DNA from: Rhynchopus sp. YZ270_cl-10
Lineage: Eukaryota
DNA: 64,000 nucleotides
Assembly (NCBI GenBank): GCA_964035575.1
Contig: OZ037843.1
Location: 1,054,001 to 1,118,000, forward strand
Reading direction: 5' to 3'
Shown: in pieces, positions 1-10,072 of the stretch
How the letters are laid out: each line of letters begins with the position of its first letter
How positions within the stretch are numbered: the stretch's first letter is position 1
Position numbers and translations under genes: made by a program
Notes under the pieces: generated by a model
What the model was told of the DNA's origin: nothing
What the model saw: only the letters and a program-made list of their open reading frames with translations
The model's database searches: none

Positions 1-252
1 CCGTGGTGCGCGCTTTAGAAGTAATTTGTTTGTTTTCATCATTTACCGTCGGGGGCACGGGGTCCTGAGCGGACCCTGCGATGCCCAACTCGCTGAAGGG
101 GAGGTGTCGTCACTCACCTGGGTCCGTCATCATGCCAAGGGTTCTAGTCTTGGCATTCCGGAGCTGCTGCCCCTTGTGTGTGTGTGTGTGTTTGATAACT
201 AGTAGGGGTAATTCTTGCTCAGAATATGGCCCCAAAAAGGGGGGGGGGGTGC

Positions 253-3200
253 TCACGTCACGGCAGACGCCCCCGAAGGGTCGTGACGGTGATGCAGTGG
301 TTGAGTGCCTTCCTGGGCCGCGTGCTTGAATTGCGGGTGGCAGGAGTGGCAGCACTCGTTTAGGCTTTTTCTGTCCAAGTGGCAGGCCCCACAGCGCGTC
401 AATCTGTGGCTCAGGCAGAAGTCCATCACAAGCTCAAGGCCATCATCCTCTCTGTGGTGCAGGTTGCAGCATGTTTCCACTACGGCTCGCACTTTCACAC
501 AGGACACACATCTGACTTTTCCGTGGCTCTCACATGAGATGATCTTGGCGTTCTTGCGGGCCCCCGCGGGGGCTGGTCGCGGGGGTCTGGACCTGAAGGC
601 TGCAGTGTCCACCGCTGCTCTGCCCCGTACCTGGCTGGATGCCTCCGTCCAGTTCGCGGCGTAGTGGTCCTGGGGGTAGAACCGAGCTGCCCATGCTTGG
701 CTCTCCTCATACAGGATGGAGCTAGGGCCATGCGGCTGTTCGCTGCGGATGTTGTGGGTGTTGTGGGCGTTGAGGTGGCGGAGGACGGCCTCTGTCTTGG
801 CGGAAAGCACAGCCCGTCGGTTTACCCCTTGCACCACTGTCCCTCCGAGCGCTGTCAGACTGGTGACACCTCCCTCTTTGCCTCTGGTCCAACTGTCGAC
901 TTGGACCACACTGCGTAGGTCACGGGTGAGGCTCTGCAGTGACAGTGATTTGGCCCATACGCTCTTTTGGAAGAGAGGGTATTCTGTAGCTGCCTGGCTT
1001 AGCTGCTCCGCCCTCGCAACTTCGACCGTATCCATCGCTTCATTGCTGAGAGCGTCAGCGTCAGTGTTGAGGTTCCGCTTGACGTGGCGCCATTCGATGA
1101 CGTAGCGGGGTTGCAGGTTTCGGATTTGGGCCCTGATGCGGTGGAGGAATGGCTGGAGGTTCTCTTTGCATTTTGTGTTCCCCTTGATGTGCTCGATGAT
1201 CAGTTTGGAGTCGCCGTATATGGTCGCCTGGCCACACACTTCTGGGGGTAGGTCGCGAAGAAGGCAAAGGCCACTGCTAGCCCCTTCGTACTCGGCAACG
1301 TTGTTGCTTCTTGCAAATGGCAGGGGCGTAGCTACGGATGCTGCCTTCACCCCGTCGATGTATACAACTGCTCCTGCCCCTGCCCTCGCAAATACCGTAC
1401 CGTTCTGTCTAGCACCACCATCAAAGAACACCTCTGTGCCCCGGCGGCCTTCTATGGTGTTGCGCACAGTGCACACGGTTTGAGACGCACAGTATGGCTG
1501 ATATCTGCGGTTCTTAATACCCGGCAGGGAAAGTCCCGTGGTCAGCTCGAAGTCTATTGCGAGCTCAATGTAGCTAATAGAGTGCTCCGATCCGTTATGC
1601 GCCCATTGCAGACTGTTTACCCAGTGGTTGGTTGCGTACCATAGGTCTTCACTGTGTTTCCATGTGGCCCCCACGTCTTGGTAGCGCAGTGAAGGGAGTT
1701 GCACTCGCATGGGTTGGGGAGAAGACCATCCCCATGGGTAGTCAACCAGGCGGTGGTGGCGGGCCGTCTCTGCTGGGCGGTCATCTCGAATCTGTCTTTG
1801 CCTGACTATTTCTATGAATAGCCTTTGCAGATTACTCACTAGTGCGATCCTCTCGTGGTCGTCTCGCGGGAGAACGTTGTCGTGGCTGTCGTGACGGTAC
1901 CGTGGTGCCACCCCGCAAATGACCAGGCAGTTCGGCCAGTCCGTCCTGTCCGCGGCTGCAACAGGGTGACGGCTGCGTACCTCCTCCCACGCACTGCATT
2001 CCCACCACATATGGCGAACTGTTTCGCGGGCTTCGGTCTCACAGTAAGGGCATCCGTCGGTGATGAGGCCGGATCTACCCGTTGTTGTCATTGCCCCTGC
2101 AATGATGGAGCGAAGGATGCCTTTCTGGTACCCGGTTAGGTTGCTCTTGGGGTCTTCCAGCAGGTGCCTGGTCACTCTGCCGTCAACACCATGTTGGAGT
2201 CCGTCGTAATCGCTCGATCGCTTGTTCGCAAGGGACCTCATTAGGGCATTCCGCAGTTTGTGACGTGCCTCAGCCTCCACTGACGTGGCTTGCTTTTCGG
2301 TGAGGGTGTCAACGTCCAGCAGAGTTTGGTCTCCTGATTCGTTGGTGAATCTGACTCGGTTGGGGGCAACCCAGTCCCACCCCAAGGCGTTCAGTGATTC
2401 ATTGAGGAGGAAGAACGGTCCGTAGGACAGGGAATCTCTGTGCTGCCACGCCACCGCACATAGATGTCTGCAATTTTCTCTTCTCATCTGTTTGATCCAC
2501 GCACGTAACCTGCGAATGTGGAAGACCATCTCCGGGTCCAGTCGGTGGCCGTGCTGTAGGATGTGCATGACCGCCACCACAGCACGTCGCGAAGGCCCGG
2601 TCCAGACAGCTGCTGTGAAGTTTTTCTGAAGTTTTGCCCGTTTCTCCGGGGACAGGTAAGTCACAGACGCGCCATAATAGCACTTTGACCCCGCAGTCAT
2701 TGCCGCTATGTGGTCTCGGTGGTTTACTGGTGTTGGGAGGGACCGCACCCTTCCCAGGTTCTTCACCGCGTTGGAGGACCTGTTGGAGATGCGATTGGAG
2801 ACGGGCAAGGAGCTAAGGTTGGCGCCTGGTTGTGCGTGCTGCATGACCCCTGTGCTGTCGAAGCTGTTCTTGACAGGGAGGAACGTCGGAGGGTTGTGGC
2901 ACATTAGCTCTCCGGTTTGCACGTTGATCACCTTGATTTCACATGGGCGCGTGCGGCACGTGGAGAAGGTGAGCGACTTTGAGACACTGATGTCCATCTG
3001 GGTGAGGTGAGAGAAGATCACTGTTCGGTCAACGGCCATCTGCTGGAGCTGGTGAGATGGGGCAGTGGCGTAGATGTCGTCAACGAATGATGTGGTCTCA
3101 GCCCCCTTGCTGTCGACCTCACGCATCCATACGCTGATAACAATGTTTATTAGGATCACACTCAATGGGCACCCCTGCATGATACCATTGGTTGGCGTGA

Positions 3201-6102
3201 AGGGTTCTCCCACAGACCCGTTGCACCGGAAGTGTCTCTTCATCTTTACATAAGCCTCTCTGAGTACCGATAGCACCACTCCATTGAAGCCCAGTCTCGC
3301 TGCAAGGCACATCGCGATGTTGATGGGGACGGTATCAAAGCATTTCTTGAAGTCTATGGCTACTCCGAAGATGTGTTCACCGGTGAGGTGTGCGCATTCT
3401 AGCTGTGCTGCGAGGTGCCAGTACAAGTCCTCCGTCCCGTGTTTGGGCCTGCACCCGTGCAATCCTGCAGGTGACAACTTGTCCAACCACGGGAAGGCGG
3501 ATTGAGCACGTATCGATGCCCATATCCTATAGAGGACCGCCGTGATGGTGATGGGTCGTTGCGACAGGGGGTCTCCATCACTGTCTGGTTTTGGGATTAG
3601 CGGCACCAGTGCTTGCATGAGGGCTTCAGGCCACACTCCATCCCGTTCGACGGCATTTAGGCATTCCACAAGGATGGTGATGATAGAGTCAGGTAGCTGT
3701 TCCACTTCGTGTGCTCTCCATCCGTGCATGCCTGGTGAGGTGGTACGCTTCATTCGTTTGAGTGCCTTGCGTACATCTTCCACCTTGATGTGTTCACATG
3801 TCATGTCTTCTGCCGCCGGTAGTACATCTTCGTACACTGCGAGGAAGGAGTCCCAACTTGGCTCGGGTGAGGAGGCGTATTTTTGGAATATACCACCCCA
3901 TGCCTGGTTGTCTCTGAGGAGGGAGTCAACCTTGGCTGGGTCAGCCGTGAGAGTGCCATCTTGTTGCTTCATGAACGCTGCCGGCGTTGTGAAGCGGTCA
4001 GCCACATAGTCAAAGATGGTACCTTGACCTTTGCTTCCAACGTTTTGCATGGTGTGCTTCCAATGCAGACTGCGTTGTGCCTTCATGGCGGCAAAGGCTT
4101 CTCTCTGGGAGCCTTCGAGTTTCTCTAGGAGGCGGTGCAGGTAATCCACTCCGGGGTTTGGGACGAAGAGGGCCTCAGTGATCTCGTCCCTCAGCGGGCC
4201 TCCTCGGAGTCGGGACAGCGCCTCCCACGCGTACCTCTCCCTGCGGGTCATTGCGTACGGCTTGTCCACAAGCAGTCTGGCCCTTCCTATTTGGAGAAGC
4301 GTGCGTAGGTTTCCCATGACAGCGTCCCTCGCCCTTGTTAGCTTTGAGGACGCCCCATTTTTGCTGCTGTGCTTTGTGGCGTGCCTGGCCGTCTTCACGA
4401 GGGATGTCTCGCTTCGCCCGCAGTAGTCAGAATGTGGGGACGCTATGTTGTCCTCATGGAGGAGGAGTAGGAACTTCTCACCCACCTCTGCAAACTCAGC
4501 AAGCTTGCTTTCTCCTGATGCCTCGCTCCTGTCCTTTTTCTCCAGCTGGCTAGCAAATGTCACCGCAGTCTCTGGGGTGTTCCTTGGTCTATCCAGTGGG
4601 AAGGGCTTGGGGAGCACGCATCTTCGGGTGCGGCCAGAATATACGTTTAGGTCGAGGGTGAAGGTGAGCGGTACATGTGTCGGGAAAGGGCAGTCGTCGA
4701 AGCTGGAGTCAACTGTCACTTTATAGATCGCTGGTGCTGCCGTCGCATTCGCCAGGCACATGTCAATCCGCGTTCCGCTCGAGTTGGCCGTTCTGCAGGT
4801 GAAAGGTGGAGGGGTTCGCTGGGCAGCGGCTAGGCTCTCCGCCACATCAACCCATCTTCCAGATCTCTGCGCTGCCGCAAGAGTGACGCTATTGGAGGCG
4901 TTGCAGTTGAAGTCCCCGATGATGATGACTGGGACTGCGTGACCCAGACCAGTTGCCATCTCCAGTGCGTCCTTGATGAGTGCTTCTCGTTCGGCCGCCG
5001 CCTCCTGGCCTGCGTGTGCGTAGAGGGAGATGACATGGAAGGCAGCCCCTGCGCCCACCGCAACAGCTGTGTGGACCACCCTCGTTGAATCGTGGCAGCG
5101 TTTTTCCACCGGTGATTTTGGCGCGATGGTTTGCGCTATCAGGCCACTCTTGGTCATTATCGCCACGCCTCCCGGTGCGATTTGCTGGCGCTCGCCTCCT
5201 CCCGTCTTTGTGAGGGCCTTTCCCCAGTGTACCTCCCTTCCTTTTGCGTGGAAGTATTGCCCATGTGTGCCCATGTGTTCCTTCCCGACCCTTGTCTCCT
5301 GTAGGGCAAGGATATCAGCCGGGAGGTCAGCCACGTCACGGTAGTGCGTTTGCAGCGACGTTACGTTGATGGTGGTGATGGTTAGGGGTCTGGGTGCGGG
5401 TGTAGGCGGAGCTCGGGGTTGCCGTCTGTTCCTGTTCGCCGGAGACGGTGCCTCGAGGGGGAGAATGCCGTTCTGACAGGCTCGTAGCCTTCGGAGGAGA
5501 GCCATCGGGATTCTGAGTGAATCGTAGTGCTCAGGTCTGTACGTTAGTCCCAGCACACGGTTCCGTTGGGCAGGGCAGCCCTCACGTCGCAGTGTGCCAC
5601 GACTTCCCGTGCTGGCGTTGAGGACCCATATCTCCGCCTTGAGGACCGTCGCTGCCGCCTGCAAGCAGAGGTGGTCCCCGTAGGTGCCGTCACGGCTCAT
5701 GTGGTCCAGGTACATGCTGAACGAGGTCGTGGCTGCTGCCGGCCCGGCTCCATACAGGTACCTGGACTCTTCGTTTGTGCGCAGGTGGCTGATGACGTCT
5801 CTGCGCAAGGAGGCCGCACATATACTCCCGGTGCATTGTGAGGCGAGCGCCCTAAAGAGGCAGTTGCCGTCCCCAGGGATCACGTGACGGGAGGTGTGCA
5901 AGCTCGCTGCTGTCCGGTCCAGCCACACGTTATTTTCTGCTCTCTCTGCAATAGGGTCATCCCCCCCGCCTCTCATACTTGTACGATGCTTCCCGCACGC
6001 GTGCGCGTATCCAATCTTTGAGTCGATGCTCATCTCTGGAGATGCTGGCGTTGTTACAAGCGGGAGATATACTTTTGGAGGGACTGCTAGGGTCGCCGCC
6101 AT
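253..6102 (-). CDS. LINE ORF2 polyprotein: OTU protease, AP endonuclease, reverse transcriptase, CCHC Zn finger, RNase H, C-terminal Cys/His repeats
   Basis: OTU: IPGDGNCLFRAL...YGDHL...HYDSL. APE: TINVTSL, LQET, GDFN, RIDMCL, PTHVP. RT: QRPIT, IDFKKCFD, GIMQGCPLS, FVDD. Zn finger: CPYC..ETVRHMWWEC. RNase H: FFDGG, NNVAEY, GDSKL, HVKRNLNTDADAL. First ATG is at 6102; the frame is open to 6252. Confidence 0.95.
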   Translation of the reverse strand: MAATLAVPPKVYLPLVTTPASPEMSIDSKIGYAHACGKHRTSMRGGGDDPIAERAENNVWLDRTAASLHTSRHVIPGDGNCLFRALASQCTGSICAASLRRDVISHLRTNEESRYLYGAGPAAATTSFSMYLDHMSRDGTYGDHLCLQAAATVLKAEIWVLNASTGSRGTLRREGCPAQRNRVLGLTYRPEHYDSLRIPMALLRRLRACQNGILPLEAPSPANRNRRQPRAPPTPAPRPLTITTINVTSLQTHYRDVADLPADILALQETRVGKEHMGTHGQYFHAKGREVHWGKALTKTGGGERQQIAPGGVAIMTKSGLIAQTIAPKSPVEKRCHDSTRVVHTAVAVGAGAAFHVISLYAHAGQEAAAEREALIKDALEMATGLGHAVPVIIIGDFNCNASNSVTLAAAQRSGRWVDVAESLAAAQRTPPPFTCRTANSSGTRIDMCLANATAAPAIYKVTVDSSFDDCPFPTHVPLTFTLDLNVYSGRTRRCVLPKPFPLDRPRNTPETAVTFASQLEKKDRSEASGESKLAEFAEVGEKFLLLLHEDNIASPHSDYCGRSETSLVKTARHATKHSSKNGASSKLTRARDAVMGNLRTLLQIGRARLLVDKPYAMTRRERYAWEALSRLRGGPLRDEITEALFVPNPGVDYLHRLLEKLEGSQREAFAAMKAQRSLHWKHTMQNVGSKGQGTIFDYVADRFTTPAAFMKQQDGTLTADPAKVDSLLRDNQAWGGIFQKYASSPEPSWDSFLAVYEDVLPAAEDMTCEHIKVEDVRKALKRMKRTTSPGMHGWRAHEVEQLPDSIITILVECLNAVERDGVWPEALMQALVPLIPKPDSDGDPLSQRPITITAVLYRIWASIRAQSAFPWLDKLSPAGLHGCRPKHGTEDLYWHLAAQLECAHLTGEHIFGVAIDFKKCFDTVPINIAMCLAARLGFNGVVLSVLREAYVKMKRHFRCNGSVGEPFTPTNGIMQGCPLSVILINIVISVWMREVDSKGAETTSFVDDIYATAPSHQLQQMAVDRTVIFSHLTQMDISVSKSLTFSTCRTRPCEIKVINVQTGELMCHNPPTFLPVKNSFDSTGVMQHAQPGANLSSLPVSNRISNRSSNAVKNLGRVRSLPTPVNHRDHIAAMTAGSKCYYGASVTYLSPEKRAKLQKNFTAAVWTGPSRRAVVAVMHILQHGHRLDPEMVFHIRRLRAWIKQMRRENCRHLCAVAWQHRDSLSYGPFFLLNESLNALGWDWVAPNRVRFTNESGDQTLLDVDTLTEKQATSVEAEARHKLRNALMRSLANKRSSDYDGLQHGVDGRVTRHLLEDPKSNLTGYQKGILRSIIAGAMTTTGRSGLITDGCPYCETEARETVRHMWWECSAWEEVRSRHPVAAADRTDWPNCLVICGVAPRYRHDSHDNVLPRDDHERIALVSNLQRLFIEIVRQRQIRDDRPAETARHHRLVDYPWGWSSPQPMRVQLPSLRYQDVGATWKHSEDLWYATNHWVNSLQWAHNGSEHSISYIELAIDFELTTGLSLPGIKNRRYQPYCASQTVCTVRNTIEGRRGTEVFFDGGARQNGTVFARAGAGAVVYIDGVKAASVATPLPFARSNNVAEYEGASSGLCLLRDLPPEVCGQATIYGDSKLIIEHIKGNTKCKENLQPFLHRIRAQIRNLQPRYVIEWRHVKRNLNTDADALSNEAMDTVEVARAEQLSQAATEYPLFQKSVWAKSLSLQSLTRDLRSVVQVDSWTRGKEGGVTSLTALGGTVVQGVNRRAVLSAKTEAVLRHLNAHNTHNIRSEQPHGPSSILYEESQAWAARFYPQDHYAANWTEASSQVRGRAAVDTAAFRSRPPRPAPAGARKNAKIISCESHGKVRCVSCVKVRAVVETCCNLHHREDDGLELVMDFCLSHRLTRCGACHLDRKSLNECCHSCHPQFKHAAQEGTQPLHHRHDPSGASAVT

Positions 6103-6214
6103 GAGAGGTAGGGAGATGAAAGGTTCGTTGGGTACATCAAAAAATGTGTGATGAGTGACGGATGGAGAGGTTGGTGGGGATGGTCGGGAGAAAGGAGGTA
6201 TGTGAATAACAATC

Positions 6215-8203
6215 TCATTGCCGATTCGGGTCCAAGCTGTTCCTAGGCACAAGAGGGAGCTGTCCTTGTTTCGTCTTGGGCTTGGAGTCCCCTTTGGTTC
6301 CGTAGGGCTGGTATGCTGCAGCTGATTTACTGCGCGGTCTGCCCTTCAGTGCGTTCTTGCCCGTCAACGTGAGCTCCTGCTGGCGTGTTTGCTGGATGGT
6401 GTCCGTGGTTGTGGTGGTCCCATCCTGGCTAGTCTCCTGTTTGTGTTGCCGTGTTTGGACCTCAGTCTGGACTGCCATGACCACAGGCTCTGCCTCTTTC
6501 TCCTGTTCTTCCCTCCGGCGTAGCGTAGCCTCCGCCATCTGGTTGGAGAGGAGCTGTGTGGCCTCCTGTTGCTGCGTGATCGCCTGCGCCGCCGCCTCTG
6601 CGTGCTCTTTGGCTTGAACCGACACCATGTTGCTTTGCTGTGCAGCTGATTGGGCGACCGCCGCTGTTCTCTCCACCTCCACTTGCGTCTCCGCCACTTG
6701 TGCAGCAGTTGCCTCCACTTGCGCCCGTGTTTCGGCCGCCACTCTGTCGGCGTGAAGTACAGCGGCGTGGGCGACCCCCGTCACTTTCTCAACCTCTGCC
6801 TGGGTGCCGGCTGCCAGGTTGGCTGCTGTTGCGTCGGTGTGGGCTACGGTCATGGCCCTCAGCTCCTCCGCCATTCGCTGCGTCTGCTGCGATAAGCGTG
6901 TTGCTGTAGCCTCGGCGTGCTTGTCTGCAGTGCTGAGCATGCTCTCAAGATGGGCCTTCATCATTTCCTCCATCCTCGTTGCTGAGGCGTCAGAGTGCTG
7001 ACCTGCCCTGTCCGCCCGCTCTAGCGCCTGGCTTGCCGCACCAGCTGCTGCCTCCGTTTGCTGCTGCAGCTTGTGGACTGCCTCCTTGAGGTGGTGCAGC
7101 TCGTTCTTTTTGATCTGCGACGAGAGGAGCGCCTCGTCGCTGGGTGCCTGGCGTTTCTTTTGCTCCACCTTCGCCATCATCGTCGAGATCATGCTCTCGA
7201 TGCTCTTGCTCAGCCGTTCAGAATCCTGGACGGACTCCACCCGCAGCTGCTGCAAAGCGTTAGTGGTCTGCTGGGTGTGCTGTTCTGCCTTTGCAGATGC
7301 CTCCTCCCTGAGTTGCTGAAGGGTGTTCTGGGTCTGCTGGGCTTGTAGGTCCGCCTTCAATGCGATCTCCTCGCGCATGTGCTGTAAGGAGGTGGCGGTG
7401 GCGGCGGTGGCTTGCGTCACGCACTGCTGCAGCCGTTCCTCACTGACACCGGGAGCAGACGCAGTAGCAGCAGCAGGTGAGGGTGCTGGTGCAGGGTCAG
7501 GGGTGGGTGCTGGCGCTGAAGCATGTGCGGATGTTGGTGCAGACACAGATGCAGATACATGTGCTGGTGTGCTCTCCTCATCCCCGACTGCCCGTAGCAG
7601 CGTCACACGCCGCTCGTTGAGGGCGGTGTCGATCGCCCACCGGTCTGCAGCGGTGAGGGAAATGGCGTCGGTGACGGTGTCGGTGTCGGTGTGGTCGGCT
7701 CTTGCACCCCCACGGCCTTTGCCCCCCCTACCCCCTTTACCCCCTCTTCCCCCTTGCCTGCTGGTCATATCCTTGGTGAGGGAGCGGAATCGCGCCAGCA
7801 TCGCCGTTGCCGCGGCGGCCGCCTCCTTCGCCTTCTTGGTCGCTTCCACCTTGGCGTTCAGAGTCCGCTCCTGCTCGACGTCAACGATCGTCAGCACTCG
7901 GTCGAAGCAGGAGATGGTGTGGTGCGGTGGGGGGTCTGTGGCGTGCACCTCCGCCTCCCCGCTCCTGCGCTTCCCCACCCGCGCCTTCCACTTAAGGCTC
8001 TCCAGGAGGGCCTCCACTTCGTTCAGGTAGGCGGTGGGGGGTAGGTTGGTCACGCGGTATAGCCGCGTTGATCGGACGTTGAGGGTGATGGTGGGGACGG
8101 GGCCATTTGCACCGGTTTTGTTGCACGAACCCACCTGGTCCCGTTGGCCGTCCGGGTGGACGTTACCGGGGGAGCCCGCGTGGAGGTGGGACTGGTGTTG
8201 CAT
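6215..8203 (-). CDS. LINE ORF1 (putative RNA-binding, coiled-coil protein), 662 aa
   Basis: Lies directly upstream of ORF2 on the same strand. Has an RRM-like N-terminal segment (YRVTNLPP..W), an RGG box (GGRGGKGGRGGKGRGG) and a long Ala/Gln/Glu coiled coil. Confidence 0.85.
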   Translation of the reverse strand: MQHQSHLHAGSPGNVHPDGQRDQVGSCNKTGANGPVPTITLNVRSTRLYRVTNLPPTAYLNEVEALLESLKWKARVGKRRSGEAEVHATDPPPHHTISCFDRVLTIVDVEQERTLNAKVEATKKAKEAAAAATAMLARFRSLTKDMTSRQGGRGGKGGRGGKGRGGARADHTDTDTVTDAISLTAADRWAIDTALNERRVTLLRAVGDEESTPAHVSASVSAPTSAHASAPAPTPDPAPAPSPAAATASAPGVSEERLQQCVTQATAATATSLQHMREEIALKADLQAQQTQNTLQQLREEASAKAEQHTQQTTNALQQLRVESVQDSERLSKSIESMISTMMAKVEQKKRQAPSDEALLSSQIKKNELHHLKEAVHKLQQQTEAAAGAASQALERADRAGQHSDASATRMEEMMKAHLESMLSTADKHAEATATRLSQQTQRMAEELRAMTVAHTDATAANLAAGTQAEVEKVTGVAHAAVLHADRVAAETRAQVEATAAQVAETQVEVERTAAVAQSAAQQSNMVSVQAKEHAEAAAQAITQQQEATQLLSNQMAEATLRRREEQEKEAEPVVMAVQTEVQTRQHKQETSQDGTTTTTDTIQQTRQQELTLTGKNALKGRPRSKSAAAYQPYGTKGDSKPKTKQGQLPLVPRNSLDPNRQ

Positions 8204-8725
8204 GGTTCGTGTGTTTTGTTTTTCCCCCTGTGTGTGTGTGTGTGTGTTTTTTTTTGCCCTTCATACCAGGGTATTAGGGTAAAAATCCAAAATTCCGGAA
8301 AAAACTGGTTTTTCTGGTTTTCTCTCCTGGGTGGCGAAAACTAGTGTTTCCGGCGAAAACCTCCACCGTTGACGGACACAGTCACCTTTTTCGGGTTTTT
8401 CGGGGGTGGGGTCAGTGTCTTATCCAGGAATCCAGATTTCAAAATATTTTTCGGCGCTGCTGACCCGGGGTAGACATTGGGAACAGGGCGCGCGCTAACT
8501 TTTCGGAAATTTCCCGAAAAAATGGATATCGGGTCCAAAAAAATGTACCTACAGGAAGTATGTGAAGGGGGGCAGAAAAATCAGGGTCATGTTACATTTC
8601 CGAGAAAATCCCGGGCTGTGGTGGGGGATATACGGAAAAATGGACAAAATTTTGGTGACTTAAATTTTCACAAAATATGAACCCATACTCGTAAACAAGG
8701 GTCATTTTCAGGTCTTTCGGACAGT

Positions 8726-8836
8726 CAGTACACAGTACACAGTACACAGTACACAGTACACAGTACACAGTACACAGTACACAGTACACAGTACACAGTA
8801 CACAGTACACAGTACACAGTACACAGTACACAGTAC
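8726..8836. repeat. (CAGTACA)n microsatellite
   Basis: Perfect 7-bp tandem array. Confidence 0.97.
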
Positions 8837-9191
8837 CGTGACTTCACCGGCCAACACCGGAAAACACCGGCAAACATGGTCAAAATCAGGTGGAATATAC
8901 ATAAGTACATCATGGGGGGTAGGGAACAGGTAGCGCCGCAGGCGCACGGTACCCAACTTTTTTCTTTTTTCTTTCCCCTTTTCTCTGCTTTCTTTTGATT
9001 GCGCGAGCCGATTGCTCTCCACGGTGGGGTCACATGTGTGTCCAAAAACTATCTGAAGTGCCCTTACTGTACAATATGGGATTCTCTGATTTTCTAAAGG
9101 AAATCGTGTAATCAAAAAATTTTTGTACCGCGAAAAAACCGGGTGTGAGGGTGTGGATTTAGCGCGCGCCCTGATTGGGAACATAGGGACA

Positions 9192-9194
<3 letters not shown>

Positions 9195-9225
<31 letters not shown>

Positions 9226-9615
9226 TACTCAGGTAGCTACGTAGCCTTCAGGGAGGCAATCGTGTGCTAATACAGAAAGTATCAGTCAAGGCTGTCCTTA
9301 CAGACGCATGCCAAAGCGGCCGCCACATGGGTGTGGACTTTAGATTGAAGTTTCATCATTGTACTAGCCCAGGGAGGGTTCCCGGCTACCGGCGAGGTCT
9401 CTTCCAATCCGTTCCCTAGTTTCCTAGGGGGGCCTCCTTGGCTTCACTGGCTAGGGCTCTGCAGGTCCCTCCACACATGTTGTGTGCCTGCCTTCAGCAC
9501 CCAGGGTAGCATACCCAGCACCTTTTACCCTCAGGTCAGACCTTCATAGAGTTTCAGGAGGAGTGCCACAAAAGGGCCCCCGGATGCAATTTAACGTCCA
9601 GCCCAGGACGTGGAG
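9195..9615 (-). mobile_element. Poly(A)-tailed retroposed fragment
   Basis: A ~30-nt T-run followed by GC-balanced unique sequence, directly abutting a second poly-T element. Confidence 0.4.
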
Positions 9616-9689
9616 TTTTTTTTTTTTTTTTTTTTTACTTGGTATTTACTCTCGTCTCTTTAGCGCTGCCGAAGCAGTGTGGCTGCTCT
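9616..9689 (-). mobile_element. Short poly(A) retroposon family A, copy 1
   Basis: Reverse complement of 47621-47699 (agagcagccacactgcttcggcagcgctaaagagacgagagtaaataccaagt-polyA). Confidence 0.75.
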
Positions 9690-10020
9690 ATTTTTTTTTT
9701 GCGGGGCAAAACAATAATATAAAATGGCGCCGCAGGCGAAAAATTTTGAGGGTACGGTGTAAAAATCTAGCTTTTTACACCACAGAGCCACTCAAACGAA
9801 CCCTTTTTTGCGGAGCAAAAAATGAAAAATGGCGCCGCAGGCAAAAAAAAATCAAGGAACAGCCATTTCCCAAAGGCACTCCCGTGGTTCAACCACGGTT
9901 CTACCAGGCGGGGAAAAAATGCGGGAAAAAAATCGAGTCCGCCCTAATCTGGGGACGACATTTACAGAAAGGCCTGGTGAAAAGTGTCGGGTTTTTTTTT
10001 CCCCTCCAGATTTCTCTGTT

Positions 10021-10051
<31 letters not shown>

Positions 10052-10072
10052 GAAAACCAGTTTTTTAACCGG

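Larger units (their letters stand above)
194..8223 (-). mobile_element. Apparently full-length APE-type non-LTR retrotransposon (LINE) with two ORFs, inserted in a (TG)n microsatellite
   Basis: ORF1 and ORF2 are both open. Flanking direct repeats are CCCCT(TG)8TTT at 170-193 and CCCCC(TG)9TTT at 8224-8249. The 3' UTR is ~60 nt. Confidence 0.9.
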
